The notes beneath the pieces were generated by a model, which had not been told where the DNA came from, did no database searches, and saw nothing but the letters and a program-made list of their open reading frames with translations. The translations under genes and the position numbers were made by a program. From Candidatus Bathyarchaeia archaeon (GTDB taxonomy: Archaea; Thermoproteota; Bathyarchaeia; Bathyarchaeales; Bathycorpusculaceae): DNA of 12,642 nucleotides. Numbering within the stretch: the stretch's first letter is position 1; each line of letters starts with the position of its first letter. The DNA lies in the NCBI GenBank assembly GCA_049970895.1, contig JBMFMB010000028.1:1-12642 (forward strand), in the 5' to 3' direction. Shown piece by piece: positions 1 through 7,135 of this stretch.

Positions 1-320
1 CATTCGCCTGTTTCTCTCGTATGGTTTATTAGGTGTCTTATTACGTTTGGCATTTCATATGTTTCGCCAGCCTTAGCTGTAAGTATCCTGTCTTGCCATG
101 ATAGTGAAATAGATGGCTCAGATGTTTTTACTGGCAGTAACAGCCTTTCTTTATAAGCCAAGAGTAGCAGGCTTCGCTTTGTCTCCTCATCACAGTTTAT
201 TTCTCCGTAGGATATTCTCCCCCTTTCCGAGGCCAACGCCAATATTTCTGCCAAAATGCTTGTTTGCTCTCTTGGATACCGTCTTTTTAAAGCTTCTCTT
301 AACCTGTTTAGGCTCTCCAA
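1..320 (-). CDS. Hypothetical soluble protein, 5' part only (runs off the left edge; missing from ORF track)
   Basis: Manual translation from TTG at 320 is open to position 1: MESLNRLREALKRRYPREQTSILAEILALASERGRISYGEINCDEETKRSLLLLAYKERLLLPVKTSEPSISLSWQDRILTAKAGETYEMPNVIRHLINHTRETGE... GAGG SD-like sequence upstream and an in-frame TGA 5 codons before the start; natural protein-like composition. Confidence 0.8.
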   Translation of the reverse strand, partial: MESLNRLREALKRRYPREQTSILAEILALASERGRISYGEINCDEETKRSLLLLAYKERLLLPVKTSEPSISLSWQDRILTAKAGETYEMPNVIRHLINHTRETGE

Positions 321-358
321 ATCATGTTCGCCTCAAAAAATAAAGGAAGAAGCTGTGT

Positions 359-724
359 TTATCGCGCGATGTATGGTTTTTTAACTTGTTCCGCAGCTTT
401 TAGAGTTACTATTTTTGGCATGTAGTGGCTTATTGCGAGTATTGTTCCCCACGTTAGAAAGGTAACAACAGACATGGCTGTGCCAACGGTTGCCATTTCA
501 TGAAGCATTACCGGAATATCTGCTGGGTTTGACATCGCTGTTAGAAACGGCGGCCATGGAACAACTTCAGCATGCCACACGTGTTCTAATGCTAGTAGGA
601 TTACTCCTCCCCACAATAGTGCGTTTAAAATCCAAAGTTTCAACTTTTCAGCCAAACTTCGCGCCGATTTCTGTATGATGGATGTTATAATTGCCAGAGC
701 CATCGGAACTAGAAAGCACGCCAT
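359..724 (-). CDS. Small 3-TM membrane protein (121 aa), paralog A; putative metal-transport subunit
   Basis: Three hydrophobic segments (about aa 3-18, 30-47, 78-98); GGAGG SD upstream of ATG; N-terminal MAC, LWGGVILLALEHVWH and LHEM motifs. Function is inferred from context only. Confidence 0.85.
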   Translation of the reverse strand: MACFLVPMALAIITSIIQKSARSLAEKLKLWILNALLWGGVILLALEHVWHAEVVPWPPFLTAMSNPADIPVMLHEMATVGTAMSVVTFLTWGTILAISHYMPKIVTLKAAEQVKKPYIAR

Positions 725-736
725 CCTTTTTCCTCC

Positions 737-764
737 GTAACACTAAATTTATATTCGGTAACAC
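737..764. promoter_or_regulatory. Putative NikR operator 1
   Basis: GTAACAC(737-743)-N14-GTAACAC(758-764); 28-bp span with AT-rich spacer containing a TATA-like box; same geometry as the site at 2487-2514; nikR is 400 bp away. Confidence 0.7.
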
Positions 765-773
765 CAATATAAG
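748..773. promoter_or_regulatory. Overlapping divergent TATA boxes
   Basis: TTTATATT on + (748-755) and CTTATATT on - (773-766), each about 22-27 nt upstream of the corresponding SD-containing leader arm. Confidence 0.55.
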
Positions 774-793
774 CTTAACGGAGGAAAAAGCGC

Positions 794-1090
794 ATGTGGC
801 TTGTAATCCTAGCGTTTGCCGCTGCGATTGCCACTCCAATATGGTATTCAAAAGCCGAGGAAGACAAGTGTATGCTTAAGCTTCTATGCCTCATACTCTG
901 GGGAGCAACAATAATGGTTTTCGTAGACCACGTAATGGGCTTCTTGATGGAGGGCGGTGAGTTCTTCGAGTTGACGCTTGACGCTACAATTTTGGGTTTT
1001 GCCATGCTGATAGCTGCACTTGTAATATGGGAGATCGTCCTCCTGCTCAAAGACCCAAAAGGCATATTATACAAAAAGAAGAGCGAATAG
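794..1090 (+). CDS. Small 3-TM membrane protein (98 aa), paralog B; putative metal-transport subunit
   Basis: Three hydrophobic segments (about aa 1-18, 28-45, 64-85); GGAGG SD; LWGATIMVFVDHV and GFAM-x7-W motifs align with the 359-724 protein; basic C-terminal tail. Confidence 0.85.
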   Translation: MWLVILAFAAAIATPIWYSKAEEDKCMLKLLCLILWGATIMVFVDHVMGFLMEGGEFFELTLDATILGFAMLIAALVIWEIVLLLKDPKGILYKKKSE

Positions 1091-1162
1091 ACGTTACTTC
1101 CCATATTTTCTTTCATTCTTCTATTGGAAGAATTCCTGTAAGGATGAATGGATGCTTATCAT

Positions 1163-1564
1163 TTATTCGTGAACAGTTACAAGTTTGGTTTGCTTAACTC
1201 CCCTTACCCCGCTTATTTTTTGGCTTAGGTTTTTAATAAGTTCAGCTTTACCCTTTATCGCGAGGATTTCAAGGCAGTTTTTCTCGTTCAAGTGTATGTG
1301 CATGGTGGAGTTTATTATGTCTCTAAAGCCGTGCTGAATGTCTGTTAAAGAATCTTCAAGTCCTCTTACAGTGTGGTCAAATAAAATTATGATTGCTCCA
1401 GCGACTTCGCCCTCTGCTTCGCCAAACTCGAACTCTGTTATGAAGTTTCTCATGGCAGCTTGAATTGCTTTAGACCTATCCCTAAAACCCATTTTATGCA
1501 TTGCCAAATCAAACTTTTCAAGAAGGTCCGGGGGAACCGAAACTCCAATACGATGGACAGGCAA
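1163..1564 (-). CDS. nikR: Nickel-responsive transcriptional regulator NikR
   Basis: N-terminal ribbon-helix-helix (RIGVSVPPDLLEKFD...DRSKAI) plus C-terminal ACT-like domain with the Ni ligand pattern QH-x10-HIH-x5-CLE; 133 aa; TTG start. Confidence 0.95.
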   Translation of the reverse strand: MPVHRIGVSVPPDLLEKFDLAMHKMGFRDRSKAIQAAMRNFITEFEFGEAEGEVAGAIIILFDHTVRGLEDSLTDIQHGFRDIINSTMHIHLNEKNCLEILAIKGKAELIKNLSQKISGVRGVKQTKLVTVHE

Positions 1565-1570
1565 ACCTTT

Positions 1571-2446
1571 TCACTCCATCGATGTTAAATTTGGCTTATT
1601 AGCCTTAAAAACTGCACTTTTATAGTTTGCTGGCTTAATCAGCTTAAGTTTCTCTGCTATTGCATCCACCTTCTCCATTAGAAACGCCTTCTCATAACTG
1701 GGTATTACGCTACTTTCAATTCTCTCCCTTAACTCGCTTAACATTTTAAAATCGTTGATACTGTGCTTTTCAACTCTTACATCAAATGATTGAATCTTTA
1801 AACCGCATTCCTCAATCACCTTTCTGATAAGCGATGGGTAGGTTGTTCCATATCGAAAAATCGGAACCAAATCATATAGATAGGCTTGAAGCCTCTTAGA
1901 AGTTGCTTCATGCCTAATTTTTGAATAAACCTCAAATTCAAACCTTAGTGTGTCAATCTCCTCCCGAAGGGCTTCACCTTCAGAATCAACAGAGGGCTCT
2001 TCGATAAGTATGAATCCGTCGCCTTTGAGCAGTGATGCTAAATTCTTAATGATGAGTTTAAGGAGCCTAAGTGGATGGTGATGAAGCATATTGCTCACGT
2101 TTATTGCTTTAAATGAGCCTTCCCTGAACGGGAGGTGGGTTGCGTCGGCCAAAACTAGGTGTGAACGTTCTTTTGGCAAAATTTTCTTCGCAAATTCCAA
2201 CGCTTTTTTGGAAAAGTCGATTCCAACAACCTCAATTTCCGGGTTGATCGAAAATAAGGCTAGAAGGTCTATTCCACTTCCTGTTCCAACATCTAAAACC
2301 AGCCCATCTGTATTAAATTTGTAACGCTTAAACTTTTCAATTCTATCTCCCAACTTTTTCTTCAAATCATCAACACTTAGCTTAGATGCCTTTTCATTTA
2401 CCCACTCCACCTCTAAAAGTTTTTTTGAGAGATATACCTTGTTCAC
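1571..2446 (-). CDS. Class I SAM-dependent methyltransferase
   Basis: Motif I VLDVGTGSG, acidic VGIDFS, ADATHLPF, MLHH and LKGDG-xILIEE; GTG start with GAGGA SD; ends 6 bp before nikR. Confidence 0.88.
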   Translation of the reverse strand: MNKVYLSKKLLEVEWVNEKASKLSVDDLKKKLGDRIEKFKRYKFNTDGLVLDVGTGSGIDLLALFSINPEIEVVGIDFSKKALEFAKKILPKERSHLVLADATHLPFREGSFKAINVSNMLHHHPLRLLKLIIKNLASLLKGDGFILIEEPSVDSEGEALREEIDTLRFEFEVYSKIRHEATSKRLQAYLYDLVPIFRYGTTYPSLIRKVIEECGLKIQSFDVRVEKHSINDFKMLSELRERIESSVIPSYEKAFLMEKVDAIAEKLKLIKPANYKSAVFKANKPNLTSME

Positions 2447-2486
2447 AGCTAATCCTCAAAAGCTCATCATTCATATAGGAAAAAAA

Positions 2487-2514
2487 GTGTTACGGTAATA
2501 TATAAAAGTCACAC
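2487..2514. promoter_or_regulatory. Putative NikR operator 2 overlapping the TATA box of the methyltransferase-nikR operon
   Basis: GTGTTAC(2487-2493)-N14-GTCACAC(2508-2514), an inverted repeat with 1 mismatch; spacer contains TTTATATA on the - strand (2506-2499). Confidence 0.7.
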
Positions 2515-2539
2515 CAACAAAATATATCACGGTGATAAT

Positions 2540-2857
2540 TTGCCAGACGAGTTGTCTATTGAAATTAGGAAGTTTGAGGTTAGACTTCAAGAATTTATAA
2601 AAGCTGAGGATGAAGCAATCAAATCGTTAAAAGCCTTCATAGAAAAAGTCAAAGAACTAAACAGCCTCCTAGAAGCACAACCCGAAAAGAGAAAACCTGA
2701 AACACTTGAGAAAATAATTAAACTTCGACTCGAAACAATCAAAGCTCTACAAAACGCCCTAAACTGCACAGCAAAAGCCGAACATGAAAAAAGCCACATC
2801 CCACAATCATACGGAACAATCCTACTAACCATAGAAAAACTAACCAAAACATCATAA
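2540..2857 (+). CDS. Hypothetical alpha-helical/coiled-coil protein (105 aa)
   Basis: TTG start preceded by GGTGA SD (2531-2535); E/K/L-rich heptad-like pattern; AEHEKSH motif. Confidence 0.75.
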   Translation: MPDELSIEIRKFEVRLQEFIKAEDEAIKSLKAFIEKVKELNSLLEAQPEKRKPETLEKIIKLRLETIKALQNALNCTAKAEHEKSHIPQSYGTILLTIEKLTKTS

Positions 2858-3148
2858 AAACTAAACGACAAAAGGCATAATCTAACATTCCTGTTGTTGT
2901 TAACAGACAAAATTTCAAATCGTTGTTGTGTTGGGGATTTCTATTGAGACAATTTTGCCTTTTTCGTTGTAGTGTATTATTGCTTTTCCGTTCTTTGTTG
3001 GTTCTCCGTAAGTTGTTTGGCGTGTTTGAACCTTATGAATAGATCGCCAACGTCATCTCACATAATCTATATAATGATCACTCTTTCTTGGCAGCTTTAT
3101 TTTATACTTTTTCGAATTTCTCTAATACTTCTCTGGGTTTATGTCTAA

Positions 3149-3325
3149 GAGGGTTTCAACCTTTTGAATCGTCTATACCTCCTAGCTGTCCCTAAAATAT
3201 GGGAAGACATGAACAAGCTCATCAATAAATGCGGCCTAAAACTTGACATTATTTATGACGATCCAAGATTTGATTTTAGGGCGAAGTACGCTAAAATTTA
3301 CCTTTGGAACAGCACAGTATCTTAG
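3149..3325 (+). pseudogene. 3' remnant of a hypothetical protein gene
   Basis: Stop-to-stop frame reading ...PKIWEDMNKLINKCGLKLDIIYDDPRFDFRAKYAKIYLWNSTVS*, which looks like a protein C-terminus; converges 6 bp from the next gene's stop; no intact upstream frame. Confidence 0.45.
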
Positions 3326-3331
3326 GCGAAA

Positions 3332-3725
3332 CTAGAGTTTTTCAACTCTTAATTTTTCGCCTTCATTCACCTTTTCAAGAACCTTTGGGTCTCCGAGGAT
3401 TTTTCCTATAACGTTTACTGGGCTGTAGGGCTTAATTATGTTTGGCGAGAGGCTTGAGAGGGTTGGACCGAAGAATAGACATAGGGCTGGTCCTTCTGGC
3501 CAGTAGGCTACGTCGCCGTAATCAACTATGGCTTTTGCCTTTTCTAAGCCTACCTTAAATGGTGCCTCGAAGTAGATTTCCTTGCCCAAAACTCAGCTCG
3601 CGCTTCGAATGGCAAGGCCCCCTCATTAATGCTTCAGCTGTTTTTGGGTTCTCGTCAAACCTTATTTCACATCGAATGGTTATTCCAGATTCAAATGAGA
3701 TTTTTATTAGCTCCCTTTTATTCAT
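3332..3725 (-). pseudogene. Cyclophilin-like fold protein (DUF369/TM1367-like), interrupted by two frameshifts
   Basis: Three frames join to MNKRELIKISFESG...NPKTAEALMR / ALPFEARAEFW / GKEIYFEAP...GDVAYWPEGPALCLFFGPT...SPVNVIGKI; breaks at homopolymers 3618-3622 and 3585-3591; ATG at 3725 has a GGAG SD. Confidence 0.8.
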
Positions 3726-3861
3726 AGTTTTAAACTCCGTCTTTAAGCTCATTCTTTTGTTAGGTTTAAAAGGGTTCGCATAGAGTTTTCCACTATCTTC
3801 GTGCATACATTCTTCTTATTTGCTGTTTATTGAACTTTCATGTGACTTGACCTTTGATATG

Positions 3862-6800
3862 CTATAGGATTGCTATGTAGATTTTCTTTTCATCTAATGG
3901 GTACTCGTGCCACTTCGCATTAACTTCGTCTCGGCTTTTGTTCAGATGGACTTTTTTAGCTCTTACAAGTTCAGCCATCTCACCCAAGTATGATTGTAGA
4001 AGCCTCACGCTTTCTTCGTCTAATCCGGCAATGTGGACGCTGTTTAATATGTCTGTTGGCACATAGCCCAACTCTTTCCTTAGAGATTGGACCCTTCTGG
4101 CTATGTCCCGCATGAGACCTTCGCCCAAAAGCTTCTCATCGCGGTAGACGTCAAGGTATACGCTTATTCCCTTTTCAGAGGCTTCAACCCATCTCCCAGT
4201 GCTGATTTCAGCCTTAACCCTTTCTGGAAGTTTTTCAATAAATTCCGCTTCTTTCACGTTTGAAAGCTCTAAGAGAACCTCTTTTAGGCTTTGGAGGGCT
4301 TTGCAGGCTTTTTCTGGCGCCACCACCAACATTTTTCTTAGGGGCCATCTCCGCTTGATTTTGGCTGATTGGCGGGCAGAATAAACCATTGAAACGCAAT
4401 CCAGCATTATTTCAAATTCTTCCTCTAGGGTTTTGTCACGAAGCTTTTCTTCCGGTTCTGGCCATTTTTCAAAGTTGATGGATTCTGGCAGTGTTGGGTC
4501 TAGGCGTCTGTAGATTTTCTGGTATAAAGCCTCGCACAGGAAGGGCGTAACCGGATTGAAGAGGGCTAGAACCGTTTTTAGAACATGCCATAAGGTTGCG
4601 TATATGGCTAGGCGGCGGTTTAGGGTTTCAGGGTCGTCTGTCCAGAGCTCTTTTCTTATCATTGGCACGTATAGGCGACTCACTGTTTCGACGACAAACT
4701 CTTCAAGTTCTGCTAGCGCCAAGTTGAACTCGCATTTTTTTAGCCTCGCCGTGTAATCGCTTATCGCCTTTTGAAGCTTTGATAGAAGCCACAAGTCTGG
4801 CTTTTTGAGTAGCCTATTGCTTTTTGCCCATTCAAGTGTGTGCCTCTGTGGGTTGAAGTTGTCGTATTCGGCGTTTTGTATGAAGAATCTGTTTAGGTGG
4901 TATAGGGTTGCCAGAACTTGGTATGGTCGGCCGTTCATCTCGTTTAGGTCGAAGTTCATGAACTCTATTGGGGAACATTTCCGCAGTAGGTAGAATCTGC
5001 ATATGTCTGCTGAAGCCTTTTCCAAAAGTTTGTTCACTTCTATTATGTTGCCTAGGCTTTTGCTCATCTTTCTGCCCTTAGCGTCTTGGGTCAAGCCTTG
5101 GAATAGGAAAGCCTTGTAGGGGGCTTCAGCCCTCCCCGTTAATATCACATGCTCCAGCAGAAGCGAGTTTGCCCATCCGCGGGTTTGGTCTATGCCCTCC
5201 GTTAAGAATTCCACTGGAACGTATTTTGCGAACTCTTCGTCTGTGAATCTTGCGTAGGGTGAGGCTCCACTATTGTGCCAAGTGTCTAGGACGAAGGGTT
5301 CGCGGTGCATTATGCCCCCACATTTTTCGCATTTTATTTTTATTCGATCTATCCATGGCTTGTGGAGCTCAAAGTTTTGTGGAGGCTTTTCTATGGCTTT
5401 TTCAACAAGCTCCTTCTTGCTGGCTATCAACGTTTTTGCTCCACATTTTTCGCAAACCCAAATTGGTAGTGGAGCGCCCCAAACGCGTTCTCTCGAGATG
5501 CACCATGGTTTGCCCTCTTTCAAGAAGGATATGAAGCGGTTCTTCGGAGCTTCGAAGAAGTATTCGACCTTCTCCGCTGCCTCCAAAACCTTTTCGTTTA
5601 TCCTGTCCGTTCTTAAGAAGTACTCTCTTCTAGCAAGCCATACAAGCTTGTGGTGGGAGCGCCAACAAGTTGGATACTCATGCTTTATCGTCTTAACACT
5701 AACAAGCAAGCCTTTTTTGCGAAGCTCCTCAACAACCATGGCATCGGCGTCCCTTGCAAAAACCCCGCTGAAAGCACCAGCCTCCTCCGTAAACTTCACC
5801 TCATCGTCGAAAGGCGCAAAAATAGGAACCCCACGTTTTTGCGCTACAAGAAAGTCTTCTTCCCCGTTTCCAGGCGAGAGGTGCACAACACCAGTTGCCG
5901 TGTTAACGTCAACAAAGTCTTCGCATACAACCCTGTGCACAAGGGGATACTCATCCAACTCCGCTTGTTTGGGAATTAAATCCTTGAATGGATAATCGTA
6001 CTTTAAGCCTTCAAGGCTCCTGCCAGAAACAGTTTCCGCCACCACATATTTTTCTATGCCCAATTCCTGCATAACTGATTCTACGCGTTGCCTCACCATA
6101 ATCCACTTCTCATCGCTAACTTGAACTTTTGCGTATTCGGCTTCTGGGTGAACTGCCAACATTAGGTCTGTCACTATTGTAAAGGGCATAGTCGTCCAAA
6201 CAAGGAAGTACTCGTTCTGGCTTCCCGCAACCTTAAATTTGAAGTAAAGCGATGGATCTTCAACCTCCACATATGAACCTTCATAGCCAACCTCGGCGCT
6301 GCTTAGGCTTGTTTGGCATCCGGGACAGTAGGCTACAACATAGTAGCCTTCTTCGAGGAGGCCTTGCTCCCATGCTCGTTTGAGGTATTGCCACTCGCGT
6401 TCTATGTAGTTGTCCAAGTATGTCCAGTAGGCTTTCTCTTGGTCTATGAATATGCCGAGTTTCCGGTCGGCTTCAACCCATTCTTTATGGTAACGCATTA
6501 TTGTCTTTTTGCATTCTTCTATGAAGCGTTCTTCGCCCACCCGCTCCAGCAGTTCCCTCTTGTTTTTGACGCCCAGCAGTTTTTCAACTTCAAGCTCCAC
6601 TGGCAAGCCTTGGCAGTCCCAGCCAGCCCAGAAGGGCACAAAATAGCCCATCATGGTTTTCCATCTGAACCACAAGTCCTTCATTACTCGGCCTCTGGCA
6701 TGCCCAACGTGGGGTATGCCGTTAAGTGTTGGCGGTCCCTCAACCCATCCGGAAAAGCCAACATTATTCTTCTCGCGGTAAGCCATCAGCTTTTCTCTTA

Positions 6801-6903
6801 TGCGGTTTTTCTCCCAGAAATCTCGGATTTCCCTTTCAATTTCAAGCGGGCGGTAGTCCATGCTCAGCTCTTTTTCAGAATTACCTTGGAATTTGGCGGT
6901 CAC
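3862..6903 (-). CDS. ileS: Isoleucine--tRNA ligase (archaeal/eukaryote-type)
   Basis: EGPPTLNG-x-PHVGH (HIGH), GWDCQGLPVE, WCISRERVWGAPLPIW, EGIDQTRGW, KMSKSLGN; 1013 aa. Confidence 0.97.
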   Translation of the reverse strand: MTAKFQGNSEKELSMDYRPLEIEREIRDFWEKNRIREKLMAYREKNNVGFSGWVEGPPTLNGIPHVGHARGRVMKDLWFRWKTMMGYFVPFWAGWDCQGLPVELEVEKLLGVKNKRELLERVGEERFIEECKKTIMRYHKEWVEADRKLGIFIDQEKAYWTYLDNYIEREWQYLKRAWEQGLLEEGYYVVAYCPGCQTSLSSAEVGYEGSYVEVEDPSLYFKFKVAGSQNEYFLVWTTMPFTIVTDLMLAVHPEAEYAKVQVSDEKWIMVRQRVESVMQELGIEKYVVAETVSGRSLEGLKYDYPFKDLIPKQAELDEYPLVHRVVCEDFVDVNTATGVVHLSPGNGEEDFLVAQKRGVPIFAPFDDEVKFTEEAGAFSGVFARDADAMVVEELRKKGLLVSVKTIKHEYPTCWRSHHKLVWLARREYFLRTDRINEKVLEAAEKVEYFFEAPKNRFISFLKEGKPWCISRERVWGAPLPIWVCEKCGAKTLIASKKELVEKAIEKPPQNFELHKPWIDRIKIKCEKCGGIMHREPFVLDTWHNSGASPYARFTDEEFAKYVPVEFLTEGIDQTRGWANSLLLEHVILTGRAEAPYKAFLFQGLTQDAKGRKMSKSLGNIIEVNKLLEKASADICRFYLLRKCSPIEFMNFDLNEMNGRPYQVLATLYHLNRFFIQNAEYDNFNPQRHTLEWAKSNRLLKKPDLWLLSKLQKAISDYTARLKKCEFNLALAELEEFVVETVSRLYVPMIRKELWTDDPETLNRRLAIYATLWHVLKTVLALFNPVTPFLCEALYQKIYRRLDPTLPESINFEKWPEPEEKLRDKTLEEEFEIMLDCVSMVYSARQSAKIKRRWPLRKMLVVAPEKACKALQSLKEVLLELSNVKEAEFIEKLPERVKAEISTGRWVEASEKGISVYLDVYRDEKLLGEGLMRDIARRVQSLRKELGYVPTDILNSVHIAGLDEESVRLLQSYLGEMAELVRAKKVHLNKSRDEVNAKWHEYPLDEKKIYIAIL

Positions 6904-6948
6904 CTTTCACCACAACACACCCGCAAACACAACAAAATAGCCCAAGCA

Positions 6949-6963
6949 AAATATAACCTTTTT
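6949..6963 (-). promoter_or_regulatory. Putative BRE/TATA promoter of ileS
   Basis: AAAAAGG-TTATATTT on the - strand about 45 nt upstream of the GTG start; GGTGA SD just before the start. Confidence 0.45.
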
Positions 6964-7135
6964 GAATCAAGCATCACTTCCAGTCAAATTTAGGCTTTGG
7001 CAGACACCTAAATTGGATACCTTTCTCTCTATCTATTTTGGTTATGAAAATGCCAATACGGACCTAGCCCCTTAAATTTTTCAGTTTAGCGCTTAAAGTC
7101 TGTATATGGCTTCAATCAAAAGAGAAATTGCCTAT

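Larger units (their letters stand above)
726..790. repeat. Perfect 13-bp inverted repeat forming identical 5' leaders of the two divergent genes
   Basis: CTTTTTCCTCCGT (726-738) / ACGGAGGAAAAAG (778-790); each arm contains the GGAGG SD of one gene. Confidence 0.9.

Noticed and set aside
113-343. 76-aa + strand ORF
   Set aside because: Antisense shadow of the more protein-like minus-strand gene at 1-320.
490-1116. ORFs 490-678, 648-851, 691-879 and 775-1116
   Set aside because: Overlap the two SD-supported membrane genes and their promoter; no recognisable motifs.
1115-1133. 7-bp hairpin ATTCTTC/GAAGAAT between convergent genes
   Set aside because: Weak AT-rich stem; may aid termination but cannot be distinguished from chance.
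2091-2910. Antisense ORFs 2091-2324 and 2587-2910
   Set aside because: Shadows of the methyltransferase and the 105-aa gene.
2640-3130. Sharp switch from A/C-rich to T/G-rich sequence as a possible origin or mobile-element end
   Set aside because: No ORB-like repeats, cdc6, terminal repeats or transposase; similar skews occur in other genes of the window.
3580-3625. Programmed ribosomal frameshifting in the cyclophilin-like gene
   Set aside because: Two successive shifts would be needed; no canonical slippery heptamer or stimulatory structure is evident.
4199-6993. Multiple + strand ORFs (up to 240 aa) opposite ileS
   Set aside because: Typical antisense shadows of a long conserved gene.
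6987-7014. 8-bp inverted repeat AATTTAGG-N12-CCTAAATT upstream of ileS
   Set aside because: Single occurrence with no supporting context; could be a binding site or terminator but is not supportable.
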